NCBI GenBank assembly: GCA_002010065.2
Contig: MTMD02000005.1
Location: 22,180-86,179, forward strand
Direction: 5' to 3'
From: Candidatus Pyrohabitans jungbluthii
GTDB lineage: Archaea > Hydrothermarchaeota > Hydrothermarchaeia > Hydrothermarchaeales > BMS3B
Length of the DNA stretch: 64,000 nucleotides
Shown: positions 1-9,103 of the stretch, one piece after another
Position numbering within the stretch: the stretch's first letter is position 1
Layout of the letters: each line of letters begins with the position of its first letter
Notes under the pieces: generated by a model
Databases searched by the model: none
Seen by the model: only the letters and a program-made list of their open reading frames with translations
Told to the model about the DNA's origin: nothing
Made by a program: the position numbers and the translations under genes

Positions 1-89
1 AGAAGGGCAGGTTCAGGGAGGAGACGACGCTTAAGCTTGAACTTCTTGAGAAGGTGTTGAGGTTGAAGGTAGACCAGGGCAACTCCTAA
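1..89 (+). CDS. 3' end of a gene entering the window (…KGRFREETTLKLELLEKVLRLKVDQGNS*)
   Basis: Open frame from position 3 to TAA at 87-89 with host-like codons; product not identifiable. Confidence 0.45.
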   Translation, partial: KGRFREETTLKLELLEKVLRLKVDQGNS

Positions 90-233
90 TACGACTACAT
101 ATAAAGACATTTTGTTGGAGAGGGCAGAATGTTTTCTGCAGAGCCCGTTATACTCCCTCGGTGAACTCACTCAACCTCAGATTCGCAAACCCCAGGGCAA
201 CATATTTATTCCCCCTCTGCATCTCTTTAAGCT

Positions 234-1973
234 ATGGCAGCGATGGAAGAGGACCACCTGGAGTTCCAGCTGAAACAGGTTAACCCTGAGGAGACGCTGG
301 AGGAGCAGTTTGTTAGAAACAAGCAGACCTACCTGTTCTACAAGTTAGCGTGGATACAGGAATTCTTTGATAAAAAGAAGCTCGCACAGGAGCTGGCTTT
401 TCTGGTTATGATGATATACATCTACGACTTTATAGACCGCCTTGGCATGCGCTTCGCTGATCGAATTCTCAACTTCCTGTCCTTTACAGGCTGGCCACTG
501 GACAAGTTCCGCTCCCTTATGGGACTCAACCTTGAAGCCAAGATAGCCATGGCTGTTGCGCTTGAGTATCCCGAGAAAACCCAGGAGGAGCAGGAGAAGA
601 TTGTAGAGCTGGTAACCACCGCCTACTCATGGCTCGGTTTGGCGAGGGAGCAGGAGTGGGACATTGCTCGCGTTGTAAAGCAGAAGCGATGGCTGTACTC
701 GCTTCTCAACTCAGAGCCGGAGCAGAAGCGCCGCGAGCTCATTGAGAAGCTGCGCGAGGAGGGAGGAAAGCGAGTAGAGCTCAACCTTGTGAACATCGGC
801 ATAGTGCCCACCGAGCTATGCCCCAACAGGTGCCGCTTCTGCTTGGCGGCGTGGAAGGCGAGTTGCGAGGAGAGGATAGGGCGAAGCATAAGCGAAGAGG
901 AGTTTGAGGTTATAGCGGACGAGGTTATAAACTTCGCCGACGAGCACTCGCTCATCGTTACGGTAACCGGCGGCGAGCCGTTCTTAGAGCTGGAACGTGT
1001 GCTCTACCTAGTGAAGCATGCACGCTCTCGCTTGGATATAACCACCAGCGCCTACTGGGCTCGCGATATTGGCAAAGCTAGGGAGATCTTGGCAAAGCTG
1101 CGCGATGCCGCGAAGGAAAACCGCAATGAGAACTTCAAGTTCACGTTGCAGGTTAGCCTGGACGCCTTCCATCAGGAGGTGTTCTTTGAGAAGGGCGAGT
1201 TTGTGCAGAACGTGCCCATAGAGTGCATAATTAACCTGCTGAAGCTGACGCAGGAGGAGTTCCCGGAGATTGAGGTGGTGCTTCTTACCAAGCTTACATC
1301 CTACGAGGATCCCCTTGCAAGGCTCATAAAGCTGCTGGAGAAGCAGGGGATGAAGGTCAAGCTTACGCGAAAGGTGACTCAGCCCGGGGTGACTGTGAGC
1401 CTCCTGGACGAGGAGCGCAATCTCGTAGCGAAGCCTGCGCTGCTCAAGGCTTACCTCGAGTTTGAGGGTACTGAGGGCAAGCCGGTGCTTATCTTCTACA
1501 CTGTCGTGGAGAGCATGGGCAAGGCCTCAGCGCTGGACGCCTTCGAGTTTCCTGGATTCAGAGAGCAGGTGCAGGAGCTTCTCAAGGGCAAGAGTGAGAT
1601 TAAGCTTCCGCTTATAGGCCTCGAGGTGAGCGACGACGGCAACGTTTACCCTGGGGCACATTCCCTCTACGCGTGGAGCGCTGGCAACCTCCTCGAAGAG
1701 GGATTAGAGGATATATATGAGCGCCTGAGCTATGACCCTCTCATAATCGCCCTCGCCGAAGCACCAGAGAAGATTTTCGCAATAGCAAAGGAGGTGGAGG
1801 GCGAACGTATTGACGTGATTGCCGTGAAGGAGTCCTCACCTTTAGCGGCGGCGTACAAGATTTTAGAAGCCCCCTGGATGCGCCTGTATATCACGCGACG
1901 CCTTCTCGGTGAGCCTCAGGATAAGGCACAGGAGGAGTACCAGAAATACAAGGAGGAGTACCGCCCAGAATAA
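234..1973 (+). CDS. Radical SAM protein with long helical N-terminal extension
   Basis: CPNRCRFC (CxxxCxxC), TGGEPF, SLDAFH; C-terminal EVSDDGNVYPG…AGNL resembles a Cys-less SPASM/Twitch remnant. Confidence 0.85.
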   Translation: MAAMEEDHLEFQLKQVNPEETLEEQFVRNKQTYLFYKLAWIQEFFDKKKLAQELAFLVMMIYIYDFIDRLGMRFADRILNFLSFTGWPLDKFRSLMGLNLEAKIAMAVALEYPEKTQEEQEKIVELVTTAYSWLGLAREQEWDIARVVKQKRWLYSLLNSEPEQKRRELIEKLREEGGKRVELNLVNIGIVPTELCPNRCRFCLAAWKASCEERIGRSISEEEFEVIADEVINFADEHSLIVTVTGGEPFLELERVLYLVKHARSRLDITTSAYWARDIGKAREILAKLRDAAKENRNENFKFTLQVSLDAFHQEVFFEKGEFVQNVPIECIINLLKLTQEEFPEIEVVLLTKLTSYEDPLARLIKLLEKQGMKVKLTRKVTQPGVTVSLLDEERNLVAKPALLKAYLEFEGTEGKPVLIFYTVVESMGKASALDAFEFPGFREQVQELLKGKSEIKLPLIGLEVSDDGNVYPGAHSLYAWSAGNLLEEGLEDIYERLSYDPLIIALAEAPEKIFAIAKEVEGERIDVIAVKESSPLAAAYKILEAPWMRLYITRRLLGEPQDKAQEEYQKYKEEYRPE

Positions 1974-2032
1974 TAAAATTATTCTATTTTGTATTACTAT
2001 TTCCTAAATTTCCCCATTTCAATACGTAATGG

Positions 2033-2047
2033 CACAAAGTTATAAAT
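2033..2047 (+). promoter_or_regulatory. BRE/TATA promoter for the small peptide gene
   Basis: cacaaag-TTATAAAT about 35 nt upstream of ATG 2082; SD GGGTGAT at 2072-2078. Confidence 0.65.
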
Positions 2048-2081
2048 ATCCCACAGAATCAAAAATAGTCAGGGTGATTAA

Positions 2082-2150
2082 ATGAAAATCGTGAAGAAGG
2101 AGAAGAAAGTCGCATATGCGACCTGCAAGTGTCACAAGAGCTGCATGTAG
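2082..2150 (+). CDS. Putative RiPP precursor peptide, 22 aa MKIVKKEKKVAYATCKCHKSCM
   Basis: Manually translated (below the ORF-track cutoff); SD, TATA, downstream T-tract; Lys-rich leader-like N-terminus and CxCxxxC C-terminus; lies upstream of an RRE-rSAM-SPASM gene. Confidence 0.75.
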   Translation: MKIVKKEKKVAYATCKCHKSCM

Positions 2151-2169
2151 CTCTTTTTCTTTTATTTTT
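2151..2169 (+). terminator. Oligo-T terminator/attenuator after the precursor gene
   Basis: ctctttttcttttattttt immediately after TAG. Confidence 0.55.
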
Positions 2170-2180
2170 GAGGTGATGGC

Positions 2181-2321
2181 ATGGACTTAACCGAAGAGAT
2201 TCGAGCGAGAGTGTGCAAGCGCTGCGACTTCTACAAAGAGGGTGAAACTCTAGAGTGCGCCGCCTTTAAGACGGCAAAGCGCTTGGTTGAGCAGGGCAGG
2301 ATTAGTTTGGACGAGATATAA
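2181..2321 (+). CDS. 46-aa Cys-containing protein MDLTEEIRARVCKRCDFYKEGETLECAAFKTAKRLVEQGRISLDEI
   Basis: Manually translated; strong SD GAGGTGA at 2170-2176; CxxC…C motif; ends 13 nt before the maturase ATG. Confidence 0.75.
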   Translation: MDLTEEIRARVCKRCDFYKEGETLECAAFKTAKRLVEQGRISLDEI

Positions 2322-2334
2322 ACTGCGCATTGCC

Positions 2335-3516
2335 ATGTACCCCAGACTTAAGAACTGTGTGCTTCGCGCAGGCGAGGGCTATTTTCTTTACAACTACGTT
2401 GAGGATGAGGTTTACGAGCTTGACCTCGAAGCGATGGAGCTGCTGCGCCGCTTCACAGGGAAAAACAGCCTCGAAGCTCTTGCCCGTGAATTTGGAGAGA
2501 AAGAGGTAAGGGAGGCGGTGGAGTACCTTCTGAGCGAGGGGTGCCTCGTTGATGAGCGTTGCGAGGATGCGCCGCAAAGCTTCGCCGTCGAGGGCTTTAC
2601 ACCATCGCTGCGCTACCTCCAGCTTCACATCACAGAGCGGTGCAACTTAGCATGCAGGCACTGCTACCTGGGCGAGAAGTCGCAGGTTGATCTGCCCAAG
2701 GAGCTGGCGTTTAAGGCTGTGGAGGAGTTCTCCAGCTTTGGATGGAAGCTTTTAATCACAGGGGGCGAGCCCCTGCTTTCCCCATACTTCTGGAAGCTGG
2801 CAAGCTTCGCTTCTCGCCAAGGGGTACGCGTGGTGGTGCTCACCAACGGCACGCTTGTCAGCGAAGCTACGGCGAAGAAGCTGGCTGAGCATGTGCATGA
2901 GGTGCAGATTAGTTTAGACGGCATTAAGCGTGGGCATGAAGTGCTACGTGGAGAGGGAAGTTTCGCCAAAGCTGTGCGCGGAATAAGGGCGGCGAGCAAA
3001 TATATGAGGGTGAGTGTTGCTACCATGATTCACCGGGAGAATCTAAAAGAATTCCCGCAGCTTGAGAAGCTTGTTAAAAGCCTGGGTGTAGAGGAGTGGA
3101 GCCTGGATGTACCCTCGCCGAAGGGGAGTCTGCTGGAAAATACAGAGCTTCTTCCACCCCGCGAAGAGGCGGCGCGGATATACTCGAGGTACGGCTTCTC
3201 CTCAGGCGTGCATGAGGGCAGCGCCGACTATGCGTGCGGCGCTCATCTGTGTTCAGTCAATGTCAAGGGCGAGGTGACGAAGTGCGGATTCTTTGAGCGC
3301 GGAGTGGGCAACCTTGCAGAAATTTCACTTAAGGAGGGCTGGGAGAGGATAGTTGAGAACTACCTGCCAAAGCTGAGCGAACTCGCTTGTGCAGGTTGCA
3401 AATACCTCAGCGCCTGCAGGGGCGGGTGCAGATTCAGGGCGCTAAGCGAGGGAGACTTTTGGGGCAAAGATAGCTTTCTATGCCTTCTCCACTCAAAGAT
3501 GCACAGTCTTCAGTGA
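2335..3516 (+). CDS. Radical SAM/SPASM peptide maturase with N-terminal RRE (PqqD-like) domain
   Basis: N-terminal YFLYNYVEDEVYELD…LLRRFTG…SLEALAREF…VEYLLSEG (RRE-like); CNLACRHC; TGGEP; SPASM C…GEVTKC…GNL…CAGCKYLSACRGGC…C; start moved to ATG 2335. Confidence 0.88.
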   Translation: MYPRLKNCVLRAGEGYFLYNYVEDEVYELDLEAMELLRRFTGKNSLEALAREFGEKEVREAVEYLLSEGCLVDERCEDAPQSFAVEGFTPSLRYLQLHITERCNLACRHCYLGEKSQVDLPKELAFKAVEEFSSFGWKLLITGGEPLLSPYFWKLASFASRQGVRVVVLTNGTLVSEATAKKLAEHVHEVQISLDGIKRGHEVLRGEGSFAKAVRGIRAASKYMRVSVATMIHRENLKEFPQLEKLVKSLGVEEWSLDVPSPKGSLLENTELLPPREEAARIYSRYGFSSGVHEGSADYACGAHLCSVNVKGEVTKCGFFERGVGNLAEISLKEGWERIVENYLPKLSELACAGCKYLSACRGGCRFRALSEGDFWGKDSFLCLLHSKMHSLQ

Positions 3517-3890
3517 CCCCTCATAGCCACTGCTTTCTTAAACTCTTCCCAGCCTATGGCAACATCTAACGTATACCCCTCCCCTGCCATTGCCTTCATC
3601 ATGTTCATAACCTTCTCTCTGAGTTTTTCCTTCCCAAGCTCTTCCACCTCCTCATGCTCCTCCGGGAAGTAGTAAACCATGAGCCTCTCCCCCATGTCGT
3701 GGTAAAGCAGGGGAATTTCATAGCGATTGAGCTTTCCGCACCTCTCACAGGCAGCGATATTGAGTTCCTGTTTGAAGAGTTTACCCTTCAGCTCCGGGTC
3801 GAGGGTGACATTTACGCTGTGGTAAAGCGCAGCCTCAACCTCGCTCCCGCACCACCCGCATTTCAGTTTGTAAACCCCAACCTGAGTCAT
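3510..3890 (-). CDS. CpXC-domain zinc-ribbon protein
   Basis: CGWCG…SVNVTLDPELK…CERCG…LLYHD pattern. Confidence 0.75.
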   Translation of the reverse strand: MTQVGVYKLKCGWCGSEVEAALYHSVNVTLDPELKGKLFKQELNIAACERCGKLNRYEIPLLYHDMGERLMVYYFPEEHEEVEELGKEKLREKVMNMMKAMAGEGYTLDVAIGWEEFKKAVAMRGH

Positions 3891-3998
3891 ATCTCAGCCT
3901 CCCATAGCTATATGTTATTGGTGCTTGCTTATATAAAATTTTAAAAGGAGTCCATCACAACAACTGGCCCTTAAAAGGCATGAGAAAAACAAAGAGGA

Positions 3999-5618
3999 TT
4001 AAAACTCCGGCATTGACGGCATCTCTGATTTCTCACCTTCCTTCTCCTTCTCAAGCTTGCTTGCAGCGATTATGTCGTCTATTCGCAGTATCATCACCGC
4101 GACCTCGCTCGCTGATGAGATCGCCTGCGTTTTGACGCACACCGGCGTTATAAGCCCTGCCTCGAAAGTGTCCTTGAGCTCGCCAGTGGTTACGTCGTAG
4201 CCGTAGTCAGGGCCCTTCTCGTGGGCTTTTCTCAGTTCTACCAGCACGTCGATGGGGTCAAGGCCGGCGTTCTCCGCCAGAGCGCGGGGTATTGCTTCAA
4301 TGGCGTCCGCAAACGCTTCTATTGCAAGCTGCTCGCGCCCGCCCACTGTAACAGCGTAATCCCTCAGCCTGAGTGCCACCTCCACCTCGGGTGCACCTGC
4401 TCCAGCTACAACTTTGCCTGCGCGTATCGCCGCGGCTACAACGCCTATCGCATCCTCAATGGCGCGCTCCGCCTCGTTCACGACGTGCTCAGTACCGCCT
4501 CGCACAAGTATTGTAACCGCCTTTGGATCCTTGCAGTCCCGCACGAATACCATCTCATCGTCGCCTATCTTAACTTCCTCTACCACACCTGCGTAGCCTA
4601 AATCAGCACTGCTCAAGTCCTCAAGGCTTGAGACTATCTTCGCTCCCGTGGCCTTAGCCAGCTTCTTCATATCGCTCTCCTTAACCCTGCGCACAGCAAA
4701 AATGCCCTCCTTGGCAAGGAAGTGCTGGGCTAGGTCGTCTATACCCTTCTGGCACAGCACAACATTAGCTCCGCTCGCTTTAATCTTCTCCACCATGCTG
4801 CGGAGCATGCGCTCCTCTTCGTCCATAAACGCCTGAAGCTGGTCGGGAGCGGTTATGTTGATTTTCGCATCCACCTCCGTCTTCTTAACTTCCAGCGCAG
4901 ACTTTATCAGTGCAATCTTAGCCTCCTTCACCGAGCGGGGCATTCCAGCATGCACCTTCTCCTTGTCCAGAACAATGCCATTCACCAGCTGGGTATCCTC
5001 TATACCACCGCCCGCCTTCTTCTCTATCTTTATTAAATCCCTGTCAACTACGCTATCCTCGCGCACCTTCTGCACAGCTTCTACGACTATGCTTGCAAGG
5101 TGCTCCTTCGCCTTCTCTGCCCCCTTGCCAGTCATCGCCATTATAGCAACCTTCTTCAGCATTTCCGCGTCGTCGGGAGAAATCTCGTGTGCCATTTCAT
5201 TGAGAATCTCCCTCGCCTTTTCAGCGGCCATGCGGTAACCCCTTGCAATAAGCGTCGCATGAACTTCCTGGTCAAGGAGCTCTTCTGCACGTTTTAGAAG
5301 TTCGCCCGCAAGCACCACCGCGGTGGTTGTGCCGTCGCCAACCTCGCTCTCCTGGGTTTTGGCGATCTCCACTATCATCTTGCCCACAGGGTGCTCTATG
5401 TCCATCTCTTTGAGTATCGTCACGCCGTCGTTGGTTATTGTGACATCGCCTAGGCTATCGACGAGCATCTTGTCCATTCCTCTCGGCCCGAGGGTGGTTC
5501 TCAGTGTCTCAGCTATTATCCTCGCTACCATTATGTTTGTGCGCCTCGCTTCACTACCACGGGTACGCTGCGTACCCTCCTTGAGTATCAGTACAGGCTG
5601 CCCTCCCATTGTTGCCAT
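3999..5618 (-). CDS. ths: Thermosome (group II chaperonin) subunit
   Basis: [26 protein letters not shown]; SD GGAGGTG favours start at 5618. Confidence 0.97.
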   Translation of the reverse strand: MATMGGQPVLILKEGTQRTRGSEARRTNIMVARIIAETLRTTLGPRGMDKMLVDSLGDVTITNDGVTILKEMDIEHPVGKMIVEIAKTQESEVGDGTTTAVVLAGELLKRAEELLDQEVHATLIARGYRMAAEKAREILNEMAHEISPDDAEMLKKVAIMAMTGKGAEKAKEHLASIVVEAVQKVREDSVVDRDLIKIEKKAGGGIEDTQLVNGIVLDKEKVHAGMPRSVKEAKIALIKSALEVKKTEVDAKINITAPDQLQAFMDEEERMLRSMVEKIKASGANVVLCQKGIDDLAQHFLAKEGIFAVRRVKESDMKKLAKATGAKIVSSLEDLSSADLGYAGVVEEVKIGDDEMVFVRDCKDPKAVTILVRGGTEHVVNEAERAIEDAIGVVAAAIRAGKVVAGAGAPEVEVALRLRDYAVTVGGREQLAIEAFADAIEAIPRALAENAGLDPIDVLVELRKAHEKGPDYGYDVTTGELKDTFEAGLITPVCVKTQAISSASEVAVMILRIDDIIAASKLEKEKEGEKSEMPSMPEF

Positions 5619-5717
5619 CACATCAAACACCTCCATCTCCATTATAATAAATAATGGTTAGAAAAATATTAACGGGGTGGTTTTTATTTTTTGCGCTCCC
5701 CTCGCAAGGTTATTCCT

Positions 5718-6914
5718 TCAAACCTTTATTTTTTCATACTTTAGGAGGTAGGCGAGGATGAGCCCTATGATGAATGCCCATGCTAAGTTGCTCATAAGCG
5801 TAATACCCAGCATCACCAGGGGCACGTAGAACTCCCTCTTTCCTTTTAAGTCCTTTATCATCGTCATAAGCTCTGCGCCTGCGATGAAAAGGAGCACGCC
5901 TAAGATTGAGAAGGGCAGAAGCTTTATTATCTCTATTGAGCTTTCTCCGAAGAGTATAGCAACGCCAAGGAAGAAGCTTCCTATTATTATGTTGTTCCCC
6001 GCGGTGCGTGCCCCGAAGCGGTAGTGCGCGGCTAAGCCACCTGCGCCATGGCACATGGGCATGCCCTTTAACAGGAAGGAGCCGATGTTTGCTAACCCCT
6101 GACTTATGGAGAGAGCCCTGTAGGTTACTCTGTTTGCCCTACCGCCGAAGTAGCTCTTCGCCAGGTCGTGCTGGGCGATTACCGCATTGCCGAGGGTCAT
6201 GGGAATCTGGGGGAGCACCAGAAGGAAGAAGGCGGTAACAAAATCGTCAACGCTCGGCATGCCCTCGAGAAAAATTGGCCTGGGGAGGTGCACGCCGAGA
6301 GCCACGTGGGGGGTTTCAAAGGCCAAGCCTACCAGGAAACCCCCAATCACTATTATAAGAGCAGCCGGCGCACGTCTGTTCTCAAGGAGGAGGTATGCCA
6401 CCGCTAAGCTTGCCACCCCCAGCAGGAAGTAGACGCTTACATCGCCTATACCAAGCTCAGCTAGCTTAAACTGGTAGCTTGGAACAACCTCTGAGCTTGG
6501 GGGCGCCTTTATGAATTCCAGGCCACGGATAAGTAGCAGCGTGCCCACGCTGAGCTGCACCCCTCTGACGACGGTCTTGGGAACATACCGGCTGAGTTCT
6601 ATTAAACCCGTGGCTCCGAGAAACAGCAAGATAGCACCCACGAGGAGGGCGGCGGCGTAGATTATGTTAGGAGTTATCATGGCATAGTTTGCTATTGCGT
6701 AGGCGCCGATAACCTTCATGGGCTGCACCGGCGTAGGCACGCGGTAGTAGGCTCCAGCGAGGATGTAAAAAAGCCCCACCATGAAGAACAGGCCTACAGC
6801 GCTCACGCCATTGAGAAGGATCATTCCCAGGGCGAGAGGTAGAAGCGTGCCTAGGTCGCCAAGTGAACCTGCAGCTTCCATCCTGTCAAACCTGTAATGC
6901 TTGCCTATCTGCAT
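5718..6914 (-). CDS. MOT1-family molybdate (sulfate) transporter
   Basis: GSLGDLGT, PVQPMK, PMCHGAGGLAAHYRFGART motifs; many TM helices. Confidence 0.88.
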   Translation of the reverse strand: MQIGKHYRFDRMEAAGSLGDLGTLLPLALGMILLNGVSAVGLFFMVGLFYILAGAYYRVPTPVQPMKVIGAYAIANYAMITPNIIYAAALLVGAILLFLGATGLIELSRYVPKTVVRGVQLSVGTLLLIRGLEFIKAPPSSEVVPSYQFKLAELGIGDVSVYFLLGVASLAVAYLLLENRRAPAALIIVIGGFLVGLAFETPHVALGVHLPRPIFLEGMPSVDDFVTAFFLLVLPQIPMTLGNAVIAQHDLAKSYFGGRANRVTYRALSISQGLANIGSFLLKGMPMCHGAGGLAAHYRFGARTAGNNIIIGSFFLGVAILFGESSIEIIKLLPFSILGVLLFIAGAELMTMIKDLKGKREFYVPLVMLGITLMSNLAWAFIIGLILAYLLKYEKIKV

Positions 6915-7028
6915 CTTAAGAATAAAAAGTTATAACAATAAAAAATTAATTTATTATATTTAAAATCAATTATCCTTGATATTTCGATTATTTAAGTGCC
7001 CAGCGTTTCAAAATCTGCTCAGAGGTAT

Positions 7029-7355
7029 TTACAATTTGAGCTTTTTCAGGACATTCTCAATTTCCCCATATGTGGCGTCGCCCTGAATGGCAACCTCCCG
7101 CCCTACTATCAGTGCCGGAAGCTGCTCAACACCGAGCTTTTCAGCCCTGCGCAGGTTGCGAGGAAAGTGGTATACTATAAGTTTGTTGCCATGCAGGTCT
7201 TCGAAAACGCTCATGGTGTTTACCCACTTTCGTCCAGTCTTTTCTTCCAGCGCCTGCATCAACGCCTTCTCAAACTCCTCACTCTCATTTGGAAATTCAA
7301 CGCCACAGCAGCCATCTGGCACAGGCAGGGATTTTCTGAGGAACTCTATTATCAT
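7029..7355 (-). CDS. Small thioredoxin-fold, ArsD-like protein with vicinal CC
   Basis: DGCCG near N-terminus; GVEQLPALIVGREVAIQG cis-Pro loop; 7 nt downstream of tfx. Confidence 0.55.
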   Translation of the reverse strand: MIIEFLRKSLPVPDGCCGVEFPNESEEFEKALMQALEEKTGRKWVNTMSVFEDLHGNKLIVYHFPRNLRRAEKLGVEQLPALIVGREVAIQGDATYGEIENVLKKLKL

Positions 7356-7362
7356 ATCTATC

Positions 7363-7800
7363 TCACTCCACTATGACTCTCCCACTTCTCAGAATGCTGA
7401 CCCCTATTTTACCAACGATGCGATTTCCCTGAATCCTGCTTCCCGCGTGCCTGCGCAACATGCCTATAAGCGAGGTCTTGTTGTGCACCACCTTTATGCC
7501 ATGGCGGTCTGCGATGCGGAGAATCTTCTCAGGCGCGGTGAAAAGCTCTTCGCCCTCCTCCAGGAGCACCCTCACCGGCGAGAGCCTTTCAAAGGCAATG
7601 ATGGTGCGCCTCGCCTTCTCCACATTCTCCCTGGCGCGCTTCTCGAGTATTGCCACGTTCTCCCGCGTTGTTCCCAGAAGCTCTGCAATCTCGCGCTGCT
7701 TGTAACCTTTAGCGCGCAGCTCCAGGATTTTAAGCTGCTTCTCCGTCAGGAAGCCGTTGTAGCGGGTCAAGCTACCACCTGCCGTTAAATCTGTGAGCAT
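7363..7800 (-). CDS. tfx: Tfx-family DNA-binding protein
   Basis: LTEKQLKILELRAKGYKQREIAELLGTTRENVAILEKRARENVEKA HTH plus Tfx C-terminal segment. Confidence 0.85.
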   Translation of the reverse strand: MLTDLTAGGSLTRYNGFLTEKQLKILELRAKGYKQREIAELLGTTRENVAILEKRARENVEKARRTIIAFERLSPVRVLLEEGEELFTAPEKILRIADRHGIKVVHNKTSLIGMLRRHAGSRIQGNRIVGKIGVSILRSGRVIVE

Positions 7801-7804
7801 GTAA

Positions 7805-8025
7805 ATAAATATTTCCGCTTACATCTCCGGTGCAGCATCGCTCTCTGCCCATCTTTTTTTCTGAAAGAGTAAACAGATTATATTACGTCCAACCAAATAT
7901 TTAAGTGGTGGAGGGTCAAGCTGATAGATAAAGTATATGGATTTATGAGTATACGTAAACATTTTTGCTTACAATTCCAAAATATTTGCACAACTTTTAT
8001 ATAATGGGTTATCTTTCTACGTTAC
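7805..8025. promoter_or_regulatory. Divergent tfx/tupA promoter region with four GTAA-N10-TTAC-like palindromes
   Basis: Exact at 7869-7886 and 7955-7972; one mismatch at 7805-7822 and 8008-8025; TATA ttttatata at 7995-8003. Confidence 0.6.
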
Positions 8026-8046
8026 AAAATTTTCAGGAGGTGTAGT

Positions 8047-9033
8047 ATGAAGTTGAAGCTGCTCGGAGTGTTTTTTGTGCTTTTTCTCCTCACGCTGAAC
8101 CTTGGATGCACCGCCAAGGAGGAGGCCAAAGCGCCTTCGGAGGGTGCAGCGGCACAGGAGGCACAGGCGTCTAAGGAAATGCCTAAGCTGGTCCTCGCCA
8201 CGACGACCAGCACCTACAACTCAGGCTTGCTCGAGGTGCTCAACACAGAGTTTCAGAAGAAGTACGGTGTACTTGTGGAGGTGCACGCCGTCGGCACGGG
8301 CGCAGCTATACGCATGGCGCGGGACGGTGAGGTCGACGTTGTGCTTGTGCACGCCCGCGGCAAGGAGGACAAGTTCCTTGAGGATGGCTACGGCATCAAC
8401 CGGCGCAATGTGATGTACAACGATTTTATCATTGTAGGACCCAAAAGCGACCCAGCTGGCATTCGCGGCATGAAGAGCGCAGCGGAGGCTTTCAAGAAGA
8501 TAGCCAAAGCCCAGGCGAAGTTCGTCTCCCGCGGAGACAACTCGGGCACGCATGCAAAGGAGCAGACTATCTGGAAGCTCGCCGGCATTACCCCAAGCGG
8601 CGACTGGTACGAGCAGACCGGGCAGGGAATGGGCAAGACGCTAACTATAGCCAGTGAAAAGCAGGCTTACACCCTAACCGACAGGGGCACCTTCCTCGCC
8701 TACAAGGGCAAGCTCGATTTGGAAGTGCTCGTGGAGGGCCCAGTGAAGGGCGGCGATCCCACGCTTTCGAACCCCTACGCGGTTATCGCCGTGAATCCCA
8801 AAAAGTATCCTGACCGCAACTACGAGCTGGCGATGCTGTACATAGGCTTCCTTACCTCACCAGAGGGGCAGAAGCTTATCGCTGAGTACAGGAAGAACGG
8901 AGAGCAGCTTTTCTATCCTGACGCTCTCGTGGATAGGGAGAACTACAATCAGTACCTGCCCGTGACCATTCACGGGCTATACGACGAGCAGGGTGAGCCG
9001 TACACCGGCGTTACGCTACCACCAAAGGGCTGA
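8047..9033 (+). CDS. tupA: Tungstate ABC transporter substrate-binding lipoprotein
   Basis: ATTTSTYNSGLL, GTGAA, SRGDNSGTH, QGMG; lipobox-like LGC. Confidence 0.93.
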   Translation: MKLKLLGVFFVLFLLTLNLGCTAKEEAKAPSEGAAAQEAQASKEMPKLVLATTTSTYNSGLLEVLNTEFQKKYGVLVEVHAVGTGAAIRMARDGEVDVVLVHARGKEDKFLEDGYGINRRNVMYNDFIIVGPKSDPAGIRGMKSAAEAFKKIAKAQAKFVSRGDNSGTHAKEQTIWKLAGITPSGDWYEQTGQGMGKTLTIASEKQAYTLTDRGTFLAYKGKLDLEVLVEGPVKGGDPTLSNPYAVIAVNPKKYPDRNYELAMLYIGFLTSPEGQKLIAEYRKNGEQLFYPDALVDRENYNQYLPVTIHGLYDEQGEPYTGVTLPPKG

Positions 9034-9103
9034 GGCTTCTCAGCTCGCTTTCCTTTTTTCCATCAACGTTATTTTTATACTGGCTCACTGTGAGGGTGCT
9101 CTC

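Noticed and set aside
2287-2334. ORF-track TTG start for the maturase
   Set aside because: Overlaps the SD-supported 46-aa gene; ATG 2335 fits the RRE boundary
7087-7788. 233-aa plus-strand ORF and similar long antisense ORFs (e.g. 9936-10733, 25574-26296)
   Set aside because: Shadows of well-supported genes on the opposite strand; no motifs
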